Source: Nitrospira sp. | GTDB lineage: Bacteria > Nitrospirota > Nitrospiria > Nitrospirales > Nitrospiraceae | Length of the DNA: 64,000 bases | Direction: 5' to 3' | NCBI GenBank assembly: GCA_005116965.1 | Contig: SWDG01000006.1 | Span: 17,553-81,552 of the forward strand | In this document: piece after piece, positions 50,844 through 59,646 of the stretch | Layout: the number at the start of each line of letters is the position of its first letter | How positions within the stretch are numbered: position 1 is the stretch's first letter | Notes under the pieces: model-generated | Seen by the model: only the letters and a program-made list of their open reading frames with translations | Databases searched by the model: none | What the model was told of the DNA's origin: nothing | Position numbers and translations under genes: made by a program

Positions 50844-51698
50844 ATGAGCCGACCGGTCATTGCAAGCGTTGTGTTGGTGAGTACGCTGGTGTGGACGATC
50901 GGTTGTGTCCCACCTCCACGGGTGATGGAGAACGAGGAGGCGGCTGTTCGTCGGAGCACGGGGTCGCCGGTCGATGCGCTGTTTGTCCCGCCATCGCCTG
51001 AAACAATTCCAGGTGATTTGAGGGGCGAGCAGATTCGCCTGGGCTACAAGATGATTGTCGACACACAGGAATATGGGAAACGGTATGTGGGAAACGCACT
51101 CAACTGCACCAATTGTCATTTAGATGCGGGACTCAACCCGAATTCCGCATCCTTCGTCGGTATCGCCACGCTCTACCCACAGTATCGTCAACGGGCCGGC
51201 CGACAGATGACGCTGGCCGATCGAATCAACGAGTGTTTCGAACGCAGTATGAACGGAAAACCTCTGCCGCCCGACAGCGTGAAGCTCACGGCCATTGTCG
51301 CATACGTCACATGGTTATCACAGAATATGCCGCCCGGCGTTGAGGTCCCATGGCGAGGCATCCCACGCCTGACCTCGACCCATCAGCCGGACCCTCTCAA
51401 CGGCAAAAAGGTCTTTGAGAAAAAGTGTGTCTTCTGCCACGGCTCCGACGGGCAAGGCACCATGGCGGCACCGCCTGTGTGGGGGCCTCGTTCATACAAC
51501 ATCGGTGCAGGCATGGCGCGAATCAGCGTGGCCGCTGGATTTATCAAGGCCAACATGCCACGAGGCTGGGGCTGGACGGTGACGGATGACGAAGCCATCG
51601 ATGCGGCAGTCTATATCAACACACAGCCTCGACCGGACTTTCCCGACAAAATTCACGATTGGCCGAAGGGGGGCAAGCCGGCGGATGTGCCGTATTGA
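50844..51698 (+). CDS. tsdA: Diheme cytochrome c, thiosulfate dehydrogenase TsdA-like
   Basis: CTNCH, RINECFERSMNG (Cys heme ligand / active site), CVFCH, SYNIGAGM, NMP. Confidence 0.8.
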   Translation: MSRPVIASVVLVSTLVWTIGCVPPPRVMENEEAAVRRSTGSPVDALFVPPSPETIPGDLRGEQIRLGYKMIVDTQEYGKRYVGNALNCTNCHLDAGLNPNSASFVGIATLYPQYRQRAGRQMTLADRINECFERSMNGKPLPPDSVKLTAIVAYVTWLSQNMPPGVEVPWRGIPRLTSTHQPDPLNGKKVFEKKCVFCHGSDGQGTMAAPPVWGPRSYNIGAGMARISVAAGFIKANMPRGWGWTVTDDEAIDAAVYINTQPRPDFPDKIHDWPKGGKPADVPY

Positions 51699-51754
51699 GG
51701 CAACACCTATCATTCGTGGGAAGTATGGCGATCGCATCAGGAAACGATTGAGGC

Positions 51755-52315
51755 GTGATGACCAACGAGCCATGGAAGCTAAATGATACGGGGTATGCGG
51801 TGCCGGTAATGCCCTGGTGGGCCGGGGGTCTCGGAATCGGGATTGTTCTGCTCATCGCCGTGGCACTCGTGCAACCGATCGGAGTCTCGACGCAGTATGT
51901 GGTGTTAGACGGTGTGCTGTTGCATGCGCTGAGTCCAGACCTTGCCGATGACAGCCCGTATCTAAAGGAAGCCAGCAAGGGATGGACCTTGGCCACCTAC
52001 GAATTCTTCTTCGTCGTTGGGATCCCCATCGGTGCGTTTCTGGCTGCAGCAATCACGAAACGATTCAGTACCCGAGTGGTGCCTCCGCTGTGGGCCTATC
52101 GATTTGGACAGGCGCCAGGAAAACGTCTGGCGTGGTCGTTTATCGGGGGTTTTCTTCTGCTGTTCGGAGCTCGCTTTGGAGGGGGATGCACGTCCGGCCA
52201 TATGATTAGCGGGGTCTCGCAGCTGGCCGTGAGTTCATTCATTTTTTCCGCCGCGTTGTTTGCCAGTGCAATTGTTACGGCCCGCTGGCTGTACCCTGAG
52301 CAGGTGAAACAGTGA
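51755..52315 (+). CDS. YeeE/YedE-family sulfur transporter subunit
   Basis: FGARFGGGCTSGH motif, transmembrane helices. Confidence 0.88.
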   Translation: MMTNEPWKLNDTGYAVPVMPWWAGGLGIGIVLLIAVALVQPIGVSTQYVVLDGVLLHALSPDLADDSPYLKEASKGWTLATYEFFFVVGIPIGAFLAAAITKRFSTRVVPPLWAYRFGQAPGKRLAWSFIGGFLLLFGARFGGGCTSGHMISGVSQLAVSSFIFSAALFASAIVTARWLYPEQVKQ

Positions 52316-52839
52316 ACTTGCTTCTAGGGTTCCTTCTTGGAGCGGCCTTTGGCGCGATCCTCCAGCTCTCCGGAGCGTCGAGCTATACAAAGATCCTCGA
52401 AACCTTGCGGCTCAAAGACTTGACGATCATGAAGGTCATCATGACAGCCATCGGTGTCGGGTTGATCGGGGTTCATGGATTGGATGTGTTGGGTGTCGCT
52501 CATCTGAAGGTCAAGGATCTATATCTCCCAGGGATCGTCATCGCTGGCCTGATCTTTGGAATGGGATTTGCCCTCACGGGTTACTGTCCTGGGACAGCGC
52601 TTGCTGCCGCAGCAGAGGGAAAACTTGATGCGTGGGTGACTATTGTCGGAGGTCTGTTCGGCGCGTTGACGTTTGCTTTCCTGTTTCCCAATCTCGAATC
52701 GTTTTTGGCCTCCTTCGGAGGATTCGGGCCCGTGACGATTCATGGATCGTTCGGGGTCAACGGCTTGCTCATTGCATTGCCGCTCGGTGTGCTGTGTCTT
52801 TGGGGCGCGGCGAAACTTCCTGGATCAGGAACGACATGA
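52312..52839 (+). CDS. YeeE/YedE-family sulfur transporter subunit
   Basis: GLIFGMG.ALTGYCPGT motif, transmembrane helices; GTGA overlap. Confidence 0.88.
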   Translation: MNLLLGFLLGAAFGAILQLSGASSYTKILETLRLKDLTIMKVIMTAIGVGLIGVHGLDVLGVAHLKVKDLYLPGIVIAGLIFGMGFALTGYCPGTALAAAAEGKLDAWVTIVGGLFGALTFAFLFPNLESFLASFGGFGPVTIHGSFGVNGLLIALPLGVLCLWGAAKLPGSGTT

Positions 52840-53252
52840 AACTCACGGCCACTTTTCATAGCGGGACTCGCTACGACATTGTGAGCGGCCAACATCGCGT
52901 CATCACCGACCAGTCGGTGGAAGACGGAGGGCAGGATGCCGGAATGGGTCCGGTTGAACTGTTCGTTGGTTCGGTCGCAAGTTGTGTGGCGTACTTTGTC
53001 GGGCAATTTTGTGGGCGCCACGGTATCTCCCGAGAGGGCTTGACGGTCGAGGCGGAATGGACGATGGCCGAAGTTCCTCATCGAGTTGGTCGTATCGACC
53101 TCGGAATCCACCTCCCCCACCGCATCAGCGCAGAGCAAAAAGAGCGATTACTTAAGGTGGCACATGGCTGCACCGTGCATCAATCCCTCGCGGTGCCTGC
53201 CGGTGTGGCGATCGAACTCAATCCTCATCCTCGTGCGGAGAAACCCTTGTGA
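52836..53252 (+). CDS. OsmC/YcaO-N-like protein
   Basis: TDQ...GG.D.GMGP.ELF..S.ASC and CTVH.SL; ATGA overlap. Confidence 0.85.
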   Translation: MKLTATFHSGTRYDIVSGQHRVITDQSVEDGGQDAGMGPVELFVGSVASCVAYFVGQFCGRHGISREGLTVEAEWTMAEVPHRVGRIDLGIHLPHRISAEQKERLLKVAHGCTVHQSLAVPAGVAIELNPHPRAEKPL

Positions 53253-53263
53253 AAGGAGCAGCG

Positions 53264-54673
53264 ATGTTGAATGTGAGAGTCCGGGTGTTCATTGGAAGCG
53301 CTGCGCTTGTCTTGTTGGGATTCATGTCGTCCCCGCAATTGTCGTTTGGGAGCGATCACACGCGCGCCAAGGAGCTTATCCAACAGACCTGTGTGCAATG
53401 TCACCGGCTGGAAGGTCAGCCGGATTCGCGCTTCAAGCTTCACGCTCCTGACTTGATGTGGGCCGGTAGTAAGTACCAACGGTCGTGGCTCATTCGTTGG
53501 CTGACCGGTGAGGAGGCTCCGCTCTATGCGAAGGGATATATGTGGGACCTGACCACCGTTCCGTCCAAACACCCGATGGTCACAGCGTCGGAGGCGAACG
53601 CACTTGCGGATTACTTTGCCGAGCATAACAAAGATCCGCGCGTCACTATTGGCGCGTTCGATCTCTCGAAAGTCACCAAGTTCGACGTGAAGTTTGGTGC
53701 GGCGGCTTTTAAAGCCCACGCCTGTCTTGGCTGCCACACGATCGAGGAAAACGGCAAGCTCATCGGCGGCCCGCAGAGTGCCGCGTTGCAGAATGCCGGC
53801 CAGCGGTACAACTCGGACTGGCTCTTCCGATTCGGGCAGAATCCGCAAGACTTCACGCCGCACAGCGGCGAGTTTTTGGCCGATGCGACGGAGCCACAAC
53901 TCCGCGCGGTGATCGGGTTTCTTATGGTGCAGGGCGTGAAGGACTTCACGTATTACGAGCCCTGGACGAGCCGTGAATTCGAGATGGCCAGCGTGGATCG
54001 AGGGAAGGTGGTTTATAAGGAGTATTGTTCGCAGTGTCACGGCGCGACGGGCAAAGGCGACGGACCGGCAGCTTCCGGCCTGGAACCCAAACCGGCGATA
54101 CATGCCAACATGCCATTCGAAAAGCTCCCGATCGAATACCTCTACAACGTCATCAATCATGGCGGACCGGCAGTAGGCAAATCGCCGAACATGCCTTATT
54201 GGAATTTGACGATCGGTCAACAGGGCGTGGCGGATGTGATCGCCTATTTGAAAGTGACATTCAAGGGAGTGCCGGATATCGCCGCTGCGCAGAGTGCAAG
54301 TCAGGGCGGTGCCTGTGTGCAACCCCGTAAGACAACCAAGGCTCCGGAAGAATTTCTCGGTAAAGCGAACCCGGTTCCCTCCTCTTCGGGTGCCGTCCGG
54401 GCGGGAAAAGAATTGTTTCTGAAGACCGCGCAGCCGGTCGCCTGCGTCATGTGCCATGGTGAGCAAGGAGATGGCAAAGGATTGATGGGTGCGGCCTTGG
54501 TGCCGCCGCCACGAAATTTCACCTGTGGCGCGATGATGCGGGAGATTCCGGATGGTCAGCTGTTTTGGATCATCAAGAATGGGTCTCCGGGGACTGGAAT
54601 GATGCCGTTTGCCACGTTGCCGGATGAGCAGGGCTGGCAACTGATCCACTACATTAGGAGTTTGGCCAAGTAA
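53264..54673 (+). CDS. Tetraheme c-type cytochrome (four class-I-like domains)
   Basis: CVQCH, CLGCH, CSQCH, CVMCH; signal peptide; RBS AAGGAG. Confidence 0.92.
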   Translation: MLNVRVRVFIGSAALVLLGFMSSPQLSFGSDHTRAKELIQQTCVQCHRLEGQPDSRFKLHAPDLMWAGSKYQRSWLIRWLTGEEAPLYAKGYMWDLTTVPSKHPMVTASEANALADYFAEHNKDPRVTIGAFDLSKVTKFDVKFGAAAFKAHACLGCHTIEENGKLIGGPQSAALQNAGQRYNSDWLFRFGQNPQDFTPHSGEFLADATEPQLRAVIGFLMVQGVKDFTYYEPWTSREFEMASVDRGKVVYKEYCSQCHGATGKGDGPAASGLEPKPAIHANMPFEKLPIEYLYNVINHGGPAVGKSPNMPYWNLTIGQQGVADVIAYLKVTFKGVPDIAAAQSASQGGACVQPRKTTKAPEEFLGKANPVPSSSGAVRAGKELFLKTAQPVACVMCHGEQGDGKGLMGAALVPPPRNFTCGAMMREIPDGQLFWIIKNGSPGTGMMPFATLPDEQGWQLIHYIRSLAK

Positions 54674-54717
54674 GAGTGAGGAGGGTGCATGTGTACATAT
54701 CAACAAGGAGGCAGATT

Positions 54718-55212
54718 ATGAGAGTGAGTCGATATGGAGCGGTGAAGTCAGTCGTTCTGGTTGCAGTCGCTGCGTGGGCGGTATTGGCCGGTGGCCATGA
54801 TATCGCCTATGCACAGGCTGCGGGGATGGGAGCGCCGCCCTCCAAGGTGGAGATCATCATCAAGGACCGTCAGCACGGCTATGAGACCGCCGGGTTCACG
54901 ATGCCGTCGCAAGACACGATCATCGTCGTCCGCAACCAGGATTCTGTCACGCACGGGTTTGCGTCAAAGTTGTTCAAAGACATTCCCGTGAAGGTGGAGG
55001 GAGGAACTGAGGTACGAGGAAAACAGTTCAAGGCCTTTCATGTCGATGCGGGAAAGACAATGACACTCCGTTTTGCCACAGTGCCCTCGAACTTCGATCC
55101 AGCGACCGGTGGAGCTGAAAGTGTGCGGCATGCCCTGTGGTGTGACATCCATCCTGAAGTCAAAGGAGAACTGTTTGTCATTGAAACCCGAGGGGATGTC
55201 GGAGGGGGCTGA
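54718..55212 (+). CDS. Exported cupredoxin-like protein
   Basis: Signal peptide, N.D.VTHGF and WCDIHPEVKG. Confidence 0.7.
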   Translation: MRVSRYGAVKSVVLVAVAAWAVLAGGHDIAYAQAAGMGAPPSKVEIIIKDRQHGYETAGFTMPSQDTIIVVRNQDSVTHGFASKLFKDIPVKVEGGTEVRGKQFKAFHVDAGKTMTLRFATVPSNFDPATGGAESVRHALWCDIHPEVKGELFVIETRGDVGGG

Positions 55213-55412
55213 GTCGCATCCCTGTTCCGTTCTGAAACGCGCTCACTGCGGTGTGGAAGCGGGCATCTCTCCTGTGAGAGTGCAAGAGTTCCAGTCCTGG
55301 CCGGCAACGTTCACACCGAAGCTGAGCCAGGACTGGTGGAGCTGTTTCTGTGATAGGTAGCGCTGAGGTGAGCGGCTGTGCCGGTTCTGCAGTGGATGAA
55401 GGAGACCCCCAC

Positions 55413-55880
55413 ATGAACTGGGTCATGAGAGGCTCCGCTCATCTCGCGGGCGTATGTCTTGGATTGGCAGTCAGCACAGGTTCGCTTGTCATGCCGCTCA
55501 CCGGATGGGGCAAGGAGATTTCCTTTGTGGCACGTGATGTCGAAGATCAGCAAGCGGTGTGGCTTCCCAGTGAAATCATCATTCACCGCAGTGCGGATTT
55601 CAGGGAGCCGTTGATTTTTCGGTTTGATAATCCAACTGTACGGACCCATGTGTTCGAAGCCCCGGGCTTGTTTGAGTCGGTAGAGGAAAGCGGTGTTCGG
55701 ATCACCAGGCCGGTGCGGATTACCATTGCGCCAGAGGGGACCGAGCAGACCGTGATCGACAGAGACCGGATGGCGAGCGATGCGATCACTGCCGAAGGAG
55801 AGACGGTGACCTATCAATTCTACTGCCCCCTCCATCAAGCCGATGCAGACATAGGTGGGAAAATCGTGGTGCGGCAATAA
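55413..55880 (+). CDS. Exported cupredoxin-like protein
   Basis: Signal peptide, N...RTHVF and YQFYCPLH. Confidence 0.7.
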   Translation: MNWVMRGSAHLAGVCLGLAVSTGSLVMPLTGWGKEISFVARDVEDQQAVWLPSEIIIHRSADFREPLIFRFDNPTVRTHVFEAPGLFESVEESGVRITRPVRITIAPEGTEQTVIDRDRMASDAITAEGETVTYQFYCPLHQADADIGGKIVVRQ

Positions 55881-55884
55881 CACC

Positions 55885-56003
55885 AACGTGAAGCGTATTG
55901 GCCAACGGTTTCATGTGCCATGTTTCCGCACAACTTGAAACGTTGAACGTGAAACTTGGAACTAAGCAACTCAGGATCGCGATACGAGATACGAACGACG
56001 AGT
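55885..56003. repeat. Nested heptamer inverted repeat element (related to the 35076-35222 copy)
   Basis: Starts AACGTGAAGCGT, contains CAACTTGAAAC and tandem AACKTGR units, ends AACTCAGGATCG.GATACGAGATACGAACGACGAG. Confidence 0.78.
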
Positions 56004-56019
56004 GACGGAGGAGAACACA

Positions 56020-56379
56020 ATGGCCACGTTCATTATTTCAGGTAGTCGAGGAACGGATGACCCCACAATGGCAACGTTGCCGTTCATGGCGGCGAAGACG
56101 GCGAAGGAGCAGGGGCATGATGTTGTGCTCTGGTTGTGGAATGAAGCCGTCACCTTAGGTCGGAAAGGTGTCGCTGATCATATCACCGGTGTAAACCTGA
56201 CTCCGTTGAAAGAACTGCTCGCTGCCGTGCAGGCAGCGGGTGTGCCGATCTGGGTCTGTGGGGCCTGTGCGGTGGCCAGACAGGTTGGCGGAGGGGATTT
56301 AGTAGCTGGGGCCTCTATCAAAGGTATGCCGGATTACATCAAAGCCGTGGCCGAGCGAGACCGGAACGTCATGTTCTGA
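56020..56379 (+). CDS. Cytoplasmic DsrE-family protein
   Basis: A..PF..A, EAV, WVCGACAVAR; RBS GGAGG. Confidence 0.85.
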   Translation: MATFIISGSRGTDDPTMATLPFMAAKTAKEQGHDVVLWLWNEAVTLGRKGVADHITGVNLTPLKELLAAVQAAGVPIWVCGACAVARQVGGGDLVAGASIKGMPDYIKAVAERDRNVMF

Positions 56380-56406
56380 TCGAAGGCAAAATGAAGGAGG
56401 CTTCGA

Positions 56407-57444
56407 ATGGCAGCTGACGGCGAATCGGTCGGGAAGTCGAAGGAACGGAAAGAGCGGAGAGATCCGGCAAATGTCGACGAAGATATGAATGGGCTGGAGG
56501 CGATTCCCACGAGGGTGCCGCGGGAGGGGGACGGGTACCAGGTCCCGCGCAGCGCCTTGATCGCCCAGGGGTTCGGACGTATTGGCGAGCCGGGCTACGC
56601 CTTGACTGCGGATGATCTCCGAAGGGTCAACACAAGGAAAGGATTTCTGAAGCTCCTCGCAAACAAAGCCGTCGATATCGAGGAAGTACGCAAGACTCTG
56701 CTGTACGAACAGGAGTTGCGGCAACTACAAGTTGAACTTGTCAGGCTGCAACGGTGGGTGCAGAGCAGTGGGGAGCGTATCGCCATTTTGGTCGAAGGAC
56801 GGGATGCAGCCGGGAAGGGCGGTACGATTCGCCGGTTCACCGAGCATCTGAATCCTCGCGCCATGCGCGTCGTGGCTCTGCCAAAGCCGACCGATGCAGA
56901 ACGGGGCCAGTGGTATTTCCAGCGCTATATTCACCAGCTCCCCAATAGGGGTGAAATCGTCTTCTTCGACCGGAGTTGGTACAACCGTGCCGTCGTCGAG
57001 CCGGTGATGGGATTCTGCACTAAGAAGGAGCATCAACGGTTCCTGCAACAGGTCCCAGAATTCGAGCACATGCTCTATGAAGACGGTGTGACCATCATCA
57101 AGTTCTGGTTCTCCATCTCCAAGGACGAACAAGCTAGGCGATTCGAAGCGAGGCGGCAGAATCCGCTCAAGCAGTGGAAGCTCAGCCCGGTCGATGAGAA
57201 GGCGCAGGAGCTGTGGGACGCGTATACCCGCTGCAAAGAGGAAATGTTCAGCAAAACGCACTCGACCTTTAGCCCCTGGATCATCGTGCAGGCGAACGAC
57301 AAACAGGCGGCGCGACTGGAAAGCTTGCGTTACGTCCTGAACCTTCTTCCCTACAAAGGAAAGGACGAAGCGCAGATCAGGCTGACGCCCGATCCGAATG
57401 TGATCGTTCGATTCCACCGCAAGATGGTGGAACTGGATCTGTAA
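56407..57444 (+). CDS. ppk2: Polyphosphate kinase 2
   Basis: EGRDAAGKGG, QWYFQRY, FDRSWYNR, KQWKLSPVD. Confidence 0.95.
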   Translation: MAADGESVGKSKERKERRDPANVDEDMNGLEAIPTRVPREGDGYQVPRSALIAQGFGRIGEPGYALTADDLRRVNTRKGFLKLLANKAVDIEEVRKTLLYEQELRQLQVELVRLQRWVQSSGERIAILVEGRDAAGKGGTIRRFTEHLNPRAMRVVALPKPTDAERGQWYFQRYIHQLPNRGEIVFFDRSWYNRAVVEPVMGFCTKKEHQRFLQQVPEFEHMLYEDGVTIIKFWFSISKDEQARRFEARRQNPLKQWKLSPVDEKAQELWDAYTRCKEEMFSKTHSTFSPWIIVQANDKQAARLESLRYVLNLLPYKGKDEAQIRLTPDPNVIVRFHRKMVELDL

Positions 57445-57486
57445 TGTCGGAAGGTAGTTGGCACCGCCGACGAAAGGAACAAGAGG

Positions 57487-58023
57487 ATGAAGACGAGTCT
57501 GTCGATGTTCATAGTCGCTGCGCTGTGCTGTGCGGTCCCTGCCGGTGCGGCAGAGCGCCACATGATGCAGCCGATCGTACCTGCCGGTAAGTTGGCTGAG
57601 GCGAGGGGGCTCAAGAACCCCTTGTCGAATTCGCCCGAAGTCATTGAGCAGGGAAAATCTGTGTACAACGGCAAGGGCGGCTGCGTCACCTGTCATGGCA
57701 TAGACGGAGACGGCAAAGGGCCGGCGTCTGCGACTATGAATCCCTCACCTCGCAACTTCCAGCACCACGGTTTCTGGCGGCATCGCACCGAGGGAGAAGT
57801 CTTCTGGGCCATCAAATATGGGTCACCAGGCACAGCCATGATCGCATTTGGTTCGGTATTGTCCGACAAAGAAATCTGGGCCCTCATCCAATATGAGCGC
57901 ACCTTCGCCGGCAGCCATGGGCCTGGCATGATGGGGCGTGGAGGGGGGATGGGACCTGGCGGTGGTATGGGTGGGAGAGAAGGTATGGGACATCGCGGGC
58001 GCAAAGGCGGAAAAGATGAGTGA
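57487..58023 (+). CDS. Monoheme c-type cytochrome with Gly/Met-rich tail
   Basis: Signal peptide, CVTCH, GSPGTAM. Confidence 0.9.
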   Translation: MKTSLSMFIVAALCCAVPAGAAERHMMQPIVPAGKLAEARGLKNPLSNSPEVIEQGKSVYNGKGGCVTCHGIDGDGKGPASATMNPSPRNFQHHGFWRHRTEGEVFWAIKYGSPGTAMIAFGSVLSDKEIWALIQYERTFAGSHGPGMMGRGGGMGPGGGMGGREGMGHRGRKGGKDE

Positions 58024-58091
58024 GAGTCTTGAGGCTGAGAACCGCTCTATAGGAATAACACCAACATTTATCAATCCTGGAGGTCTTGGTC

Positions 58092-58688
58092 ATGACGAAG
58101 TTGTGGAAGCGCTGGATGGTTGCAGTTGGAGGAGCCGTAGTGGTCATTGCGATGACAGTGTTCCCTGTCTTTGCCGATGAAGGCCATGGGAAGATGGGGC
58201 ATGGTGGCCACGATCAGGATGATCAGGGCGATCATAGTGGGGACTATCTGAAGCATCTGCTGAAACATGTCAAAGAGATCGGGTTGACGCCGGAACAAAT
58301 CACCAAGCTTAAATCCATGCAGCTGGACTTTAAACGAACCGAGGCCAGGTTGGAAGCCGACGCGAAGGTGGCAAAACTCGAACTGCATGCGCTGTTGGAA
58401 GATGAGCAGGCTGACCTCATTGCGATACAGGCGAAAGTCGATCAACTGAAAAAAGCGGAATCGGCCTGTCTGTTCACAGCCATCAAAAGTACGCGTAACG
58501 CCATGGCCATGTTGACTCCCGACCAACGGGAAAAGGACCGTGCCGTTCATGAACACATGAAGAGTGGAACCCAGCACGGAGGTGGAATGGGAGGGATGAT
58601 GGGGGGTATGGGAGGTGGAATGATGGGAGGCGGCGGGCATGGACAGAGCAGTGGTGCTGCCAGTGGCGGGCAGCAACACCAGCATTGA
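58092..58688 (+). CDS. Spy/CpxP/ZraP-like periplasmic helical protein, His- and Met-rich
   Basis: Signal peptide, LTPEQ and LTPDQ (LTxxQ) motifs, His-rich N-terminus, GGM repeats. Confidence 0.85.
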   Translation: MTKLWKRWMVAVGGAVVVIAMTVFPVFADEGHGKMGHGGHDQDDQGDHSGDYLKHLLKHVKEIGLTPEQITKLKSMQLDFKRTEARLEADAKVAKLELHALLEDEQADLIAIQAKVDQLKKAESACLFTAIKSTRNAMAMLTPDQREKDRAVHEHMKSGTQHGGGMGGMMGGMGGGMMGGGGHGQSSGAASGGQQHQH

Positions 58689-58731
58689 ACATCGAGCGTC
58701 GTCGTCCGTTCTTGAAAGAAGAGGAGCGCGC

Positions 58732-59091
58732 ATGTCCTTACGTATTGTGGTTAGCCTCGTCGTAGTGGCGTTGACTGCTTCGTGGGCTCTGGCTCAGAGC
58801 CATTATGGAAACACGAAGAACGGAGAGAGAATCTTTCAACAACACTGTGCTGGATGCCATGGAACCTCGGGTGATGGGCTTGGGCCTGAGATCAAGGAAT
58901 TAATTGTGCCACCGGCGAATTTTCGAGCGGTGAAATCACGCACGAAGACCGATATGGAACTGTATCTTGCGGTCAAGCAGGGAGTCCTCTTCAGTCCAAT
59001 GCACAGCTGGGCGGATCGGCTGTCAAACCAGGAGATGTGGGACGTCTTGAGCTACATCCGTACGTTGGCTCCGTTCAACCCACTCGGCTAG
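58732..59091 (+). CDS. Monoheme c-type cytochrome
   Basis: Signal peptide, CAGCH, PMHSW; RBS GAGGAG. Confidence 0.9.
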   Translation: MSLRIVVSLVVVALTASWALAQSHYGNTKNGERIFQQHCAGCHGTSGDGLGPEIKELIVPPANFRAVKSRTKTDMELYLAVKQGVLFSPMHSWADRLSNQEMWDVLSYIRTLAPFNPLG

Positions 59092-59114
59092 CTCCGCTTA
59101 ACTACGACTCATGG

Positions 59115-59141
59115 ATCCCTGTCGCATTCTGCGACAGGGAT
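59115..59141. promoter_or_regulatory. Palindrome: putative upstream activating sequence (may also act as a terminator)
   Basis: ATCCCTGTCGCA-TTC-TGCGACAGGGAT; core starts 128 nt before the -24 element. Confidence 0.55.
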
Positions 59142-59247
59142 ATTTCATGGTGAGACCTAGAACGCCACAGGCGAGAGGTCTCCCATTTGAATCGTTCAGC
59201 AAGCTCTCGTCATATCACAACAATTCCCGCCACACTTGTCACTTTCG

Positions 59248-59263
59248 TGGCACGGACTTGGCT
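59248..59263 (+). promoter_or_regulatory. Sigma54 (-24/-12) promoter
   Basis: TGGCA-CGGACT-TGGCT; GG and GC correctly spaced; ATG at 59306. Confidence 0.62.
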
Positions 59264-59305
59264 CTCTCAACCAACAGCACGTTCCTAATCTACGGAGGAT
59301 TCGTC

Positions 59306-59617
59306 ATGTCAAATCAGGACGCCAAGTGTTCACCAGAAACCGTTGTCCTCGCATTTCTCGGCGGAGCGATCGGGGGGATGATTGCCGGTATCCTTCTCGC
59401 TCCCAGGTCGGGCGAGGAAACGCGTCGTGAATTAAAGAGCCAGGCTCGAAGGACGGAAGAAGAGCTCATCGAGAAAGCCAAGGAGGCGCGCGCCGCTCTT
59501 GATGAGGTCATTGAGCGTGGCAAGCACTTCGTGGCGGAGAAACGCGCGGATGTTGAAGCTGCGGTCACGGCAGGGAAGGAAGCCATGAAAGAGAAGATGG
59601 ACAAATGCTGTAACTGA
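59306..59617 (+). CDS. YtxH-domain protein
   Basis: FLGGAIGG..AGILLAPRSGEETR followed by a charged helix; RBS GGAGG. Confidence 0.88.
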   Translation: MSNQDAKCSPETVVLAFLGGAIGGMIAGILLAPRSGEETRRELKSQARRTEEELIEKAKEARAALDEVIERGKHFVAEKRADVEAAVTAGKEAMKEKMDKCCN

Positions 59618-59646
59618 CGCGGTCATCGTCAGGAAGGAGTAGCCGG

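Noticed and set aside
53225..54706. 493-aa ORF on the - strand
   Set aside because: Antisense shadow of the tetraheme cytochrome gene; no motifs, typical of GC-rich codon bias
56725..57696. 323-aa ORF on the - strand
   Set aside because: Antisense to ppk2 and a cytochrome gene; no recognisable domain
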